Below are positions 28,591 through 42,285 of a DNA stretch of 64,000 nt, piece by piece (position 1 is the stretch's first letter; every line of letters begins with the position of its first letter). Location of the stretch: assembly GCA_964016885.1 (NCBI GenBank), contig OZ024763.1:7750001-7814000 (forward strand), in the 5' to 3' direction. Position numbers and translations under genes: made by a program. The DNA is from Eledone cirrhosa. Taxonomy: Eukaryota. The notes below the pieces were generated by a model. It was not told the origin of the DNA, did no database searches, and was given only the letters and a program-made list of their open reading frames with translations.

Positions 28591-29470
28591 TAGAAAGATT
28601 TGAATGGATACAGTTTAGTTGAAAGGAATTTATTGACACGTGTTTCTATAACAGTTACATAACCTAAAACAGCTATCTACAAACTTTTAGTTATGCAGAC
28701 ATTCAATATTTCAATGTTATTATTTACTGTCATTTCATCAGAATAATATTACTGAGGACCTATTTAGTTTTTATAGAGAATATTAGGAGGGAGGGGTGAA
28801 ATTGTTAGAAGAATAGTTGAAGGAGTGGTTTTTCGATAGCAGTGAGAATTCTTGGTGGCAGTGAGTAATTAGATTCCCATCTGTTGTTTTGACATTTTTT
28901 ATAGAATATATTATTGGTTATTTTATAGAATATATTATTGGTTATTTTTCTAAGTCTATAGAAGGATTAGAGATAGTAAAGATACGCATATCTTTACTAT
29001 CTCTAATCCTTCTATAGACTTAGAAAAATAACCAATAATATATTCTATAAAAAATGTCAAAACAACAGATGGGAATCTAATTACTCACTGCCACCAAGAA
29101 TTCTCACTGCTATCGAAAAACCACTCCTTCAACTATTCTTCTAACAACTTCACCCCTCCCTCCTAATATTCTCTATAAAAACTAAATAGGTCCTCAGTAA
29201 TATTATTCTGATGAAATGACAGTAAATAATAACATTGAAATATTGAATGTCTGCATAACTAAAAGTTTGTAGATAGCTATTTTAGGTTATGTAACTGTTA
29301 TAGAAACACGTGTCAATAAATTCCTTTCAACTAAACTGTATCCATTCAAATCTTTCTATTTTTCTCCGGATTACTTTTGGAACTACAACTGGAACCGTCG
29401 AGCAAACTCTACGTGAGCTGATAATCTACTGTGTGTAATATTTATATTACAACACAACGGAAAATACTGT
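28591..29470. mobile_element. Head-to-head palindromic PLE-type terminal fragment in (TA)n
   Basis: 28591-28984 is the reverse complement of 28989-29358, apart from a ~24-bp local duplication and a few substitutions; right arm extends ~110 bp further. Confidence 0.8.
29203..29319 (+). ncRNA. Type I hammerhead-like motif with 88-nt branched stem II (mirror copy on minus strand ~28630-28746)
   Basis: TTATT-CTGATGA-A-ATGACAGT...ACTGTTAT-A-GAAA-CACGTG-TC-AATAA: stem I 5 bp, stem II base 8 bp, palindromic stem III, GUC triplet. Confidence 0.7.
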
Positions 29471-29563
29471 ATACATATATATATATATATATATATGTGT
29501 GTATCTTTGTGTAAATATATATATATATATATGTGTGTGTATATTTATATATATATATATATA

Positions 29564-29624
<61 letters not shown>

Positions 29625-29937
29625 AGTCAGAAATATTATGGTAAAGTTTCTATTTCAGTCTCAATTCTAAAACTTCAGTCTCCACGTTCTAAACTATAAT
29701 CCTATCACTATTAAGTTATAACTTCTAAAAATAACGGAAACAATTGGATGGATTCATTGGTGTAATGGTAACATACTTGTCCGGCAAACAGCAAACAAGC
29801 GGTGTGTGTTTGACTCCCATGTGCGCTGATACCCATTTCTTTCCATTCAGTGGTTTATGTGCCCCATTTTTAGACTATATTGTCGTCAAAAATGTTATGG
29901 TGTAGCTTCTATTTCTATTTGAAATCTAAACTTAATT

Positions 29938-30600
29938 GGTCAGTGACTAAACCAGCTCCCTCACTAGACCCTGGTCTGGTCTGGTCAGGTCAGGCCTCTA
30001 CCAGCTACGGGCATCATGTAATGTACTACAACCTACTTCATGGTCAAGTGGTCAGTGACTAAACCAGCTCCCTCACTAGACCCTGGTCTGGTCAGGTCAG
30101 GCTTCTACCAGCTACTGGTATCATGTAATGTACTACAACCTACTTCATGGTCAAGTGGTCGGTGACTAAACCAGCTCCCTCACTAGACCCTGGTCTGGTC
30201 AGGTCAGGCCTCTACCAGCTACGGGCATCATGTAATGTACTACAACCTACTTCATGGTCAAGTGGTCAGTGACTAAACCAGCTCCCTCACTAGACCCTGG
30301 TCTGGTCAGGTCAGGGTTCTACCAGCTACTGGTATCATGTAATGTACTACAACCTACTTCATGGTCAAGTGGTCAGTGACTAAACCAGCTCCCTCACTAG
30401 ACCCTGGTCTGGTCAGGTCAGGGTTCTACCAGCTACTGGTATCATGTAATGTACTACAACCTACTTCATGGTCAAGTGGTCAGTGACTAAACCAGCTCCC
30501 TCACTAGACCCTGGTCTGGTCAGGTCAGGCCTCTACCAGCTACGGGTATCATGTAATGTACTACAACCTACTTCATGGTCAAGTGGTCAGTGACTAAACT
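29938..30600 (+). repeat. 107-bp tandem repeat (~6 copies) at the 5' end of a probable non-LTR element extending to ~30975
   Basis: Unit ggtcagtgactaaaccagctccctcactagaccctggtctggtcaggtcagg...cttcatggtcaagt; copies nearly identical. Confidence 0.9.
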
Positions 30601-30975
30601 GCTGCTCCCCCACCAAACCATGGTCTGGTAAGGAGGAGGGTAAGTGGAGCCCCAGCAGCACAAAAAACAAGTTCTGTTAAAAGGGTGAATGAACTCCTCA
30701 GAGCCAACGGTCATCCACCCCAACCATGGCTTAAATAACCTCACCAACCCATAATTGGCCAAGTGTGGTGAGTACATACATCCCTGGCATGACCCAAACC
30801 AAACAGAACTTGGTGGTGGTCAACCCAGGAAGGAGGGGTTTCTCCACAGGAGTGAGAAGGACCTGGAGTGGATTGGATTGATACAATATTTGCATATAGA
30901 GGGGAGGTAGGTGTAAAAGCCAAACTTGCTACCTTCATATGGAAATCGGACATAACCCTTTTCCTTGGACATCAT

Positions 30976-31598
30976 CAATATATATTGTATATCTACAATA
31001 TATATTGTATATATACAATATATAGTGTAGATATACAATATATAGTGTAGATATAGAATATATAGTGTATATATAGAATATATATTGTATATATAGAATA
31101 TATATTGTATATATAGAATATATATTCTATATATACAATATATATTGTATATCTACAATATATATTGTATATATACAATATATATTGTAAATATACACTA
31201 TATATTGTATATATACAATATATATTCTATATCTACAATATATATTGTAGATATACAATATATATTCTATATATACAACATATATTCTATATCTACAATA
31301 TATATTGTATATATAGAATATATATTGTAGATATACAATATATATTGTATATATACAATATATATTGTATATATACAATATATATTCTATATCTACAATA
31401 TATATTGTATATATACACTATATATTCTATATATACACTATATATTCTATATATACACTATATATTTTATATATATACTATATATTTTTATATATACACT
31501 ATATATTCTATATATACAATATATATTGTATACATACAATATATAGTGTATATAGAGGGTATAGAGTGTATATATAGAATATATAGTGTATATATATA
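30976..31598. repeat. 20-bp AT-rich quasi-palindromic minisatellite
   Basis: Unit tatattgtatatatacaata and variants. Confidence 0.92.
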
Positions 31599-31765
31599 CT
31601 GTGGGAGCCCCTACATGGACACACTGGAAAAGGAAGACCGAGGTTAACATATGTTGATGCTCTAAGGACAGACACAGGTTTCTTGGAGACGCAGGACATG
31701 GCAATGATAATGAGGGACAGAGACCGCTGGAGAGAACTCGTCCATGGATCTCGGGAATTTTACCC

Positions 31766-31770
<5 letters not shown>
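31596..31770 (+). mobile_element. RTE-clade LINE 3' fragment
   Basis: ILWEPLHGHTGKGRPRLTYVDALRTDTG...MRDRDRWR. Confidence 0.75.
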
Positions 31771-31812
<42 letters not shown>

Positions 31813-32665
31813 TATGTTTTGACGTCACTGGTGCCAAGCTATATCGGCCATTGCCTTTCCCTTGGACAACATCAGTGGGGTGGAGAGAAGAGACTGGTAT
31901 ACATGGGTGACTGGTCTTCTTCAAACAACCTTGCCCAGACTTCTACCTCAGAGGGGAACTTTCTAGGTACAAATCCCATGGTCATTCTTGACCAAAGTGG
32001 GTCTTTACCCTTTACCCTACATACTATGTAAAGGTATCAGTACATATCAAATATGTATGATCATGTTTCTCAATAAAAAAGCTCAAGGGACCCTAGTCGA
32101 AGACATCAATTATACAAGTTTCAAGATATATAGAGAGAGAGGAGGAAAAACCATCTTTTGAGAAACTCATAGTATTTTATACATATATATAAAGCAAATT
32201 ATATGTAGAAATATATACTAAGTTTATGGTGGTACTAATTCTATAAGATATAGGTATTTTCTTCTGTATATATATCTTTCAAACTTATATAAATATGTGT
32301 GTATGTGTATATATATATCCTTATCGAGCCCTCTTTGGATTTTAGTCATCAAATTTATTATTATTTCTATATATGTATGTATATATATGTTTATATATAT
32401 ATATATATGTATATATAGGTTTATATATATATATATGTATATATAGGTTTATATATATATATATGTATACATAGGTTTATATATATATATATATGTATAC
32501 ATAGGTTTATATATATATATATATGTATACATAGGTTTATATATATATATATATGTGTACATAGGTTTATATATATACATATGTATACATAGGTTTATAT
32601 ATATATATGTATATAATATTATTCAAAATATTAATAAATGAAAAATATTCCCATAACCAAAGTAT

Positions 32666-32730
32666 ATATTTTATTATACATATTTCAAAGGTACAATGGT
32701 CTTTCAGTACGTTTTCATCAGATAAAATAT
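32666..32730 (-). ncRNA. Type I hammerhead-like motif (family B)
   Basis: Minus strand ATATTTTAT-CTGATGA-AAACGTAC..GTACCTTT-GAAA-TATGTA-TA-ATAAAATAT; 9-bp stem I. Confidence 0.75.
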
Positions 32731-33194
32731 ATAAGAGATTAGATATACAACATACCGCTAATGTCTTGATTATTCAATTCCTGTAGTGGTAGTAATTTAT
32801 TTCACCAACCCTCAACTTTTTTATACCACAAATAATATGACAAACTGTATATATGTATATATATATATATATATATATGTGTATAGTGGTAGCTATGGTC
32901 CTTCCATAGGCGGTATGCCAAAATTAGCACTCAATATTCATCAGAGTAGAGTGTAGATATTATAAAGGAAATGAAAATTCAGTGATGCATCTGGACTTAG
33001 TTTATTTCATGTTACATCAGCCATATTCATACAAGGACCATGACTCGAGCTACATGCCGGTGAAACACTTGTAACATGAAATAAACTAAGTCCAGATGCA
33101 TCACTGATTTTTCGTTTCCTTTATAATATATATATATATATAGTTAACATTCACAAGCACACATATTGTCAGACATACACACACATACACACAC

Positions 33195-33225
<31 letters not shown>

Positions 33226-33329
33226 CATACATACATAAACAGAAAGACAGACAGACAGACAGACAGATGCAAATTGCTTTGGTTAAATTCCTGGCACAGC
33301 TACATTTACATATATCATCAAATACAACC

Positions 33330-33815
33330 ATCAACCCCATCACCACCATCATGACCATCACCACCACCACCACCACCATCACCACCACCACCACCACCAT
33401 CACCACCATCACCATCACCACCACCACCATCACCATCACCACCACCACCACCACCATCACCACCACCACCACCATGACCACCATCACCATCACCATCACC
33501 ACCACCACCATCACCACCACCACCATCACCATCACCATCACCACCACCACCACCACCACCACCACCATCACCACCACCACCACCACCACCATGACCACCA
33601 TCACCATCACCACCACCATCACCACCACCACCATCACCACCATCATGACCACCATCACCACCACCACCATCATGACCACCATCACCATCACCATCAGCAC
33701 CACCACCACCACCACCACCACCACCATCACCACCATCATGACCACCACCACCATCACCACCACCACCATCACCACCATCATGACCACCATCACCACCACC
33801 ACCACCATCACCACT
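33330..33815. repeat. (CAC/CAT)n trinucleotide repeat (also 24700-24890, 45300-45860)
   Basis: Direct reading. Confidence 0.95.
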
Positions 33816-34147
33816 GACAGATCACAACCACCAACCAACAACACCTATACCACACAACCAATAACAAGGCCTCCTTGAGACCACCAACCATCAACACCAC
33901 AACCACCTACCATCACCTCCAACACCACCACCACCACAACCCCCATCTATCAACACCTCCCCCCATCTATCAACACCACCACAACCATGACCCCCCCCCC
34001 CCATCTATCAACACCACCATCATCACCACTAACAACAACAACCATCTGGTACCAATCACAATCACTATTGGTTACCAACTCCTCCCATATCAGTTTTCGT
34101 GTGGTTGTAATAATTATTTTAAAATCTGTTTTTAAAAACTGGTATGA

Positions 34148-34625
<478 letters not shown>

Positions 34626-34748
34626 ATATATATATACAGGGTGTCCCCCCCAAAATTATTCTAATAAATATTGCCTGTACAGGTAATCAAATGGAACAAA
34701 ACCGTCTAACCCATGCTAGCGTGGAAGATGGACGTTAAACAATGATGA

Positions 34749-34788
<40 letters not shown>

Positions 34789-35096
34789 ACATATGTAGAC
34801 ATAACATATATATGTATATATAAATATCTACTGTTAGCTCTTTCGTTACTTTGGTATTGTGTGTTAGGTTTTGCCTACCGCAATGTTCAATTTGTCAAGC
34901 TATTTAAACGTATGTTATTACTCTAAGGACCTACCTACCCTTATTGAGTGCTTTGCTAACTCATTCATATTGTAGGTCAACTTTGCTTGCCCACAATTTG
35001 CACAGCCAAAGCTTCGATTTTACTAAGCTTCCATTTGTATATATATATTATATATATAATATATATAGTATATATATATATATACATGTATATAGT

Positions 35097-35128
<32 letters not shown>

Positions 35129-35211
35129 ATAGTATATATATATATATATATATACATGTATATATTTATATATACATACATGTATGTATATATATAAATA
35201 TATATATATAT

Positions 35212-35289
<78 letters not shown>

Positions 35290-35295
35290 ACACAC

Positions 35296-35329
<34 letters not shown>

Positions 35330-35383
35330 ATATATACACACATACATATATATATATACATACATGTATATATATATACACAC

Positions 35384-35417
<34 letters not shown>

Positions 35418-35437
35418 ATATATACATACATATATAT

Positions 35438-35510
<73 letters not shown>

Positions 35511-35761
35511 CATATATATATATCATCTTCATTTCTCTTTAACATCTGTTTTCCCTGCTAGCAAGGGCTTGATGGGTTGTCACTGCCTAAGTCAACACTA
35601 CATAAGCTAATTAGTAAAATCCCAGAAGAGTGGGTTCTCCATTGAGATTTGACTAATTACTATACCAAACTCTATACTGTTCCTATATATATACATTAAG
35701 TACTTCACACATCTGTGGTGGTCCCAGTCTCGGAACTGTAAATGTTTCCTATATGTGTGGG

Positions 35762-35789
<28 letters not shown>

Positions 35790-35792
<3 letters not shown>

Positions 35793-36315
35793 GTAGATAA
35801 ATCTACCAAAAGTTTACGGTAGTGTCCAATCCGTATGAAGAACTCAATGTAATCTGGATATCATGAAAAGAGAAGATGCATTCAAAAACTACTTTCGGTG
35901 AAAAATAAACGGAAAACAGAGTCAAGATAAATTATTAAAAAAATAATGAATAAACAAAGAAACAGTTCCTTATATTAAAAAAATTCATCATTTTACGATC
36001 GTTTCTAGGATATATATGTGTTAGAGTTGGCATGCATATTCTATAGATCTATGTACAATATTTATACAAACTTTCAGAGGGAATATACATACCTACACAT
36101 ATATATGCTGTCTTCAGATAATAATTATTTCTGAAGACAGCATATATATGTGTAGGTATGTATATTCCCTCTGAAAGTTTGTATAAATATTCTACATAGA
36201 TCTATAGAATATGCATGCCAACTCTAACACATATATATCCTAGAAACGATCGTAAAATGATGAATTTTTTTAATATAAGGAACTGTTTCTTTGTTTATTC
36301 ATTATTTTTTTTATA

Positions 36316-36320
<5 letters not shown>
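35790..36320. mobile_element. Head-to-head palindromic PLE-type terminal fragment in (TA)n
   Basis: ~190-bp arms (35928-36120 / 36126-36320) are near-perfect reverse complements; left arm extends further. Confidence 0.78.
36125..36260 (+). ncRNA. Type I hammerhead-like motif with 105-nt stem II domain (mirror copy on minus strand ~35987-36120)
   Basis: TTATTT-CTGAAGA-cagcATATATATGTGT...ACACATATATATccta-GAAA-CGATCG-TA-AAATGA; palindromic stem III, GUA triplet. Confidence 0.7.
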
Positions 36321-36360
<40 letters not shown>

Positions 36361-37086
36361 TCTCTATATAACTGCTCTGTAAAACAACTAATGTTATTAC
36401 ATTGAGCTATTTATCTTACTGGTAATAAGATAGTAATAAATTACTGTCTTTCACTATTTAGGGTATAATATATATATAACTATAAAAGGTTTTAGTATAT
36501 ACATAACCATAAAAAGTTTTAGTATATACATAACCATAAAAAGTTTTAGTATATACATAACCATAAAAGGTTTTAGTATATACATAACCATAAATAGTAT
36601 CCTTAATACTATATATATATTTCGTTTCTGAATTTGTTTAGCAAGATTCTATATAATAAATTGAAGTGAAAGCAACTGGTGCGTGTGTTTCTTATTGGCA
36701 ACATGACCCTCCCAAAGTATAACAATATATATATATATATATATATATAGTAGTGAAAGAAAGAAGAATAACATGGTCGGCTGTACAAAAAGGGTTTTAT
36801 TTACAGTATTAACAATTGTTTCATTGATCAGGTGAGTCTAAAGGCCGTTAATCACTCAAAGTTGCATAATACTGTAAATAAAACCCTTTTTGTACAGCCG
36901 ACCATGTTATTCTCCACTCTTTCACTACTATTACTCCAAGAATAACCTACATGAGAATTCCCCCCAACTCGCTACCTAACTAAGGAAACCTCATGTTGAC
37001 TCTAACAACGCCGTACGTTAAAACTATCCACAATACAGAGTACTCACAACCTCTAACTGGATTACCTAAAACGATAACTTGTTATC

Positions 37087-37117
<31 letters not shown>

Positions 37118-37121
<4 letters not shown>

Positions 37122-37275
37122 GGGCAATAAAGATAGACGGTAGCCACGGAGTAGGCAGACCCAGAAAAACCTGAGACGACCTGATAAATTCCGACCTCAC
37201 ACATTTACACCTCTCCAAGACAATGTCACTGGACCGAGATCTTTGGCGGTACTCAGTAATAGAGAAGACCCGCCT
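37118..37275 (+). mobile_element. RTE-clade LINE 3' fragment
   Basis: RAIKIDGSHGVGRPRKT*DDLINSDL...DRDLWRYSVIEKTR. Confidence 0.7.
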
Positions 37276-38084
37276 TACCTGAATACAAAGTAAAACCTAC
37301 TACAGTCAGTAGGCATCTCTAACAAAACACACCCCCATCCACCACCCCCACCCCATCCACACCGCCCCTTCAATGTAAAGTTATGTTGGTGCCACAACAT
37401 CCAGGCCGAAACAAATGAGATCGTGTAGGTGTCATGACAAAAAAACATACAGTCCACGCTGTAATGTGGCCGTGTAGGCAACACGGTAAAAACCTCCCAG
37501 TCCCACACTGTAAATGTGGTTGGTGTTAGGAAGGGCATCCAGCTGTAGAAAACCCGCCAGACAGTCCTATGCGAGCAAGACAACCACTCTTGCCTCAAGT
37601 GGGAAAACTCCCGTCCAAACCCATGCAAGCGTGGAATATGGACGTTAAACGATGATAATGATGATGATGATGATATTGTTGGTGAACAGTGAACTGTACT
37701 GATGAAGGGTAATACCCAGAAAGATCAGTGCCTGCAGTTCTGTTTACATGCCAACACAGGAGCAAGAATGAGGGGCTCATTCTACTGACATGGCTTTAAA
37801 AATTAGGCTTGTTTGCATAATTGCAAACGAATCGAATATTATTATTAATATTCGAAAAACTCAGATTACATTTATATATATATATATATGTATTTAGGTT
37901 TGTTGGTTCACCACTGTATAGAGCTGGTCATTCCGTATGGTCAACCTTGATGTAATATTATGGAGACCACTCAACGTAGTGCAGCTCACCCGTCTTCGTT
38001 TGTGTAGTTGGTGGTGCGAGTACGGAGTTAAATATTATAAAATAACATGAGGCTGGACTTGTGTAATTCCTTGAAAGGTTTATT

Positions 38085-38142
38085 ATACTATGATCATTTC
38101 AATAACCGGGTTCAATAGGAATCCGGTGACATCATCAGGTAT
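38085..38142 (-). ncRNA. Type I hammerhead-like motif
   Basis: Minus strand ATAC-CTGATGA-tgtcaccggattc-ctatt-gaacccggttatt-GAAA-TGATCA-TA-GTAT, then AATAAA. Confidence 0.75.
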
Positions 38143-39593
38143 TCGAAATATAACAAAGGAATATAATAGACAAAATCCATGGGGCTGAAAATCAGAGATA
38201 TGAGGGCAACCGAACATTTAGCAGCTTCTACCCCGGTCAGCCGTATATATGTATATATAACTTTTATTCAATCTATCGAAGCACTTTTATTTTCAGAAAA
38301 TGTGGGAGTCCCAAATGCAAAAAAAAACTGTATCAACAGTCAATTGCTATAAATAATAGTTTAGAAATTCAGGTAAAATACCCCTCTTCATGGAAAACAG
38401 GGCCACCAGCCATTATAGAGTAGATATTTGCTGGCCACTTTTTTCCCTGAATAGGGATATTTTATATGTGTATGTGTGTGTGTGTATGTGTGTATATCTC
38501 CACGCTATGCCAGACACACACACAGAATAAATTATTTACACACACATGAGCGTATACACATACACAAAGAATTCTACAAACACACACACAGTGAATTCTT
38601 CGCACACAAACACACGCATGCACAAACACACGCATGCACAAACACACACCCACATACACTCACATGCACACAAGATACACGCACATATACATGTGTACAT
38701 ACACACACACACACACACATAGACACAGACAGAATTCTTGGATGTCTGAACTAGAAGAAGAACTGGAACCAATAAACTCGGTGAAACGCGAGAGAGATAT
38801 CCAGAACTGATGCCAATAATTGGTCTACAAGACAGTCTGAAGCCATTTAAACTTTAAACCACTTCTCTTTCTACAGACATGTATGTGTGTGTGTATGTGT
38901 GTATGTGTGTGTATGTGTGTGTGTGTGTATGTGTGTGTATGTGTGTGTATGTGTATGTGTGTATATATATATTAACTTATTAACTGTCGAAACGGCCGGA
39001 GCTCAGCCGTCGGGGTCCTGACTCTTTTCCTATTACCCACTCTACCACCCTAAGTATTGAGTACTCTGGTGCGTTAGGGTCCATCTGGTTCCTTACCACA
39101 ATTCCTTTGTTATATATATGTATACATACACACACACACACACATATATATATACATATATATATATAAATACACACACACACATATATATATACATCAC
39201 CTTGATCACCTTGACCGACCAGTCTGTCGAGCGCCAATCGGTGCCTCTGGTCACAGCACGTCGTGCTGTTTTAGCCATAAGATAACGCCATCCCACTGGC
39301 TGGGCGGGCAGGCCGGTACTCATTTCTACAGCTGAGTAAACTGGAGGAGCAATGTGAAATAAAGTGTCTTGCTCAAGGAAACAACACATCACCCGGTCCG
39401 AGAATTGAACTCACAACCTTTCGATTGTAAGCCCAATGCTCTAACTACTAAGCCATGTGCCTTCTATATATACATATATATATATAAATACATACACACA
39501 CACATATATATATATATATATTTTTTTTTTTTATTGTATAGAAGGAGCTTCTACAGGACTAGTACTGTTTCATTCAGATGAAATCTTCAGGAA

Positions 39594-39642
39594 GCTTCCT
39601 GAAGATTTCATCTGAATGAAACAGTACTAGTCCTGTAGAAGC
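39594..39642 (+). ncRNA. Type I hammerhead-like motif (family A), on both strands of a perfect palindrome 39527-39662
   Basis: GCTTC-CTGAAGA-tttcatctgaat-GAAA-CAG-tactagtc-CTG-TA-GAAGC. Confidence 0.7.
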
Positions 39643-39731
39643 TCCTTCTATACAATAAAAAATGTTTTACTCTGCCATGTATTGAGTACCTTACTTACTG
39701 TGGTTATCCCCGACTCAACCCGGGACCTACG

Positions 39732-39763
<32 letters not shown>

Positions 39764-39841
39764 CACACACACACATGTATATATATGCACAGTCTCTCTC
39801 TCAATATGTGTGTATACATGCATATACACGCAGTCACACAC

Positions 39842-39890
<49 letters not shown>

Positions 39891-40234
39891 CCGTTATCTC
39901 ATGGCTAAAACAGCATGACACCATGACGTGCTGTGACCAGCGGCGCTGAATGGATGCCCGACAGACCGGTCGGTCAAGGTGATATATATATCATCATCAT
40001 CACCGTTTTACATCCATTCTTCCATGATAGCATGGGTTAGACAGGTTGTCCTGTTGTGGGCAATGCCAGGTTGGATGACCTTGTCTTGCTCATACGGGAG
40101 CTGATTTCTACAGCTGCGTGCCCTTCCTAACAGTGAGTACTGGCTGCTTTTATATATATGTATATACATTATATATATATATGAGGTTATATATAGTGTA
40201 CTAGATCACTATTTTCATTGGAATGTGGAGTTAA

Positions 40235-40846
40235 TAAACCCTTTACCATTTACAATACTCTATATATACTATTGTATTTACATGATAAACACTTTATCTC
40301 ACATAATATCAAATCTATGAGATTTTGATGTTTTTTCATTTTAAGAACAATACCTTAACATCAGTATGAGTAGCAAGTTACAGCTGGTTTGAACAGAAAG
40401 AGGTGAGAGAATTCTGGCCAGATATGACCAGTTTAACCCTTTAATGTTCAAACCGGCCAAAACCGGCCAGAATTCTCTACCTCTCTGTGTTGAAACTGGC
40501 TGTAACTGGTCACTCAAACTGATGTTAAGATATTGTTCTCAAAATAAATACTTTCAAGATCTCATAGATTCTATATTATGTGAGGTAAAGCCTTTATGGT
40601 AAAAATACAATAGTATATATAGAGTAATGTAAATGTTAAAGGGTTAAAACCAGCCATATCCAGCCACAATTCTCTCACCTCTTTCTGTTCAAACCAACTG
40701 TAACTGGTCACTCATAGTTATGTTAAGGTATTGTTCTTAAAATAAATAACATCATAATCTCATAGATTTGATATTATGTGAGGTAAAACCTTTACTGTGA
40801 AAATACAAGAGTAAATATAGAGTAATGTAAATGATGGAGGGTTAAC
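40235..40846. mobile_element. Cluster of three ~200-bp TTAA-bounded repeat copies (piggyBac-like MITE)
   Basis: ttaaccctt...aagggttaa termini; the first copy is inverted relative to the other two; partial copy at ~48920-49040. Confidence 0.6.
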
Positions 40847-41301
40847 AAAGAATTTTCGGTTTTTTTACCATCATTGGTGAATAATTCTACAATATACCAC
40901 TGCAGTACCCCACACACACCCCACACCTACCCCACACACACCCCACCATGCAGTATGCTGCAGTAACACATCCGCATTTATACGACTATACAACACTATA
41001 TTATCACATATCAAACCTCGTGTCATACATGAACTGCACACATACATGTGCAATACTGCAGTATCACACCAACACCCCCACCAGACACATACTCTGCACC
41101 GAATCACCATTGTGTTTATCACACACCCATATTTCCTCTGATGCAGTTATTGCACTGATTCACCTGTAATATCATCTAAGATGTTACACATCAAATAGTT
41201 GCAACTGTGTCACTGCAGCACTGTCAACAGATAGCATCATATATACATATATATATACATATATACATATATATGTATATATATATATACATATATACAT
41301 A

Positions 41302-41343
<42 letters not shown>

Positions 41344-41373
41344 TACATATATATGTATATACATATATACATA

Positions 41374-41655
<282 letters not shown>

Positions 41656-41845
41656 AAAACAAACATAAATTATCGAGATTCGTATTTCGGCCCACGAAAT
41701 AACGAAAAACAACCTCCGAGATGTGTGGCAAGTGCTCAATGATTCAGATGAACCAGAGCTATAACAGACGTTAAAGGCCAAACACACTGAGACGATGGTT
41801 AAACAATCATTCGCATAGCCATAAAAACGATCAAGTAATTTGGGT

Positions 41846-41895
<50 letters not shown>

Positions 41896-42285
41896 CATAT
41901 ATGTATATATAAGCATATATATATGTATATATATATATTTTGTTTCTGAATTTGTTTAGCAAGATTCTTTATCTGAAAACGTGTGTTGAAACCAATATTG
42001 TTATACTGTGGGAGGGTCATGTTGCCAATAAGAAACACACGCAACAGTTGCTTTCACTTCAATTTATTATAATAAATTGAAGTGAAAGCAACTGGTGCGT
42101 GTGTTTCTTATTGGCAACATGACCCTCCCACAGTATAACAATATATATATATATATGTATATATATATTAATAAGAGGAATTCCAACTTTGTCTGATTTA
42201 CTCCTTTTATTTACAATCCTTTAAAATATATATAATGGTATTATAATGAAATAGTATGATAGAATATTAAATTCTAAGTGTTAAT

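Noticed and set aside
29750-29830. tRNA gene
   Set aside because: An A-box-like tggtgtaatgg is present, but the B box is degenerate and no cloverleaf could be built; more likely a SINE head or pseudogene.
30595-30645. Twister or HDV-like ribozyme call (ggtaaggaggagggt)
   Set aside because: The required pseudoknot pairings and conserved core could not be placed; only a simple hairpin is evident.
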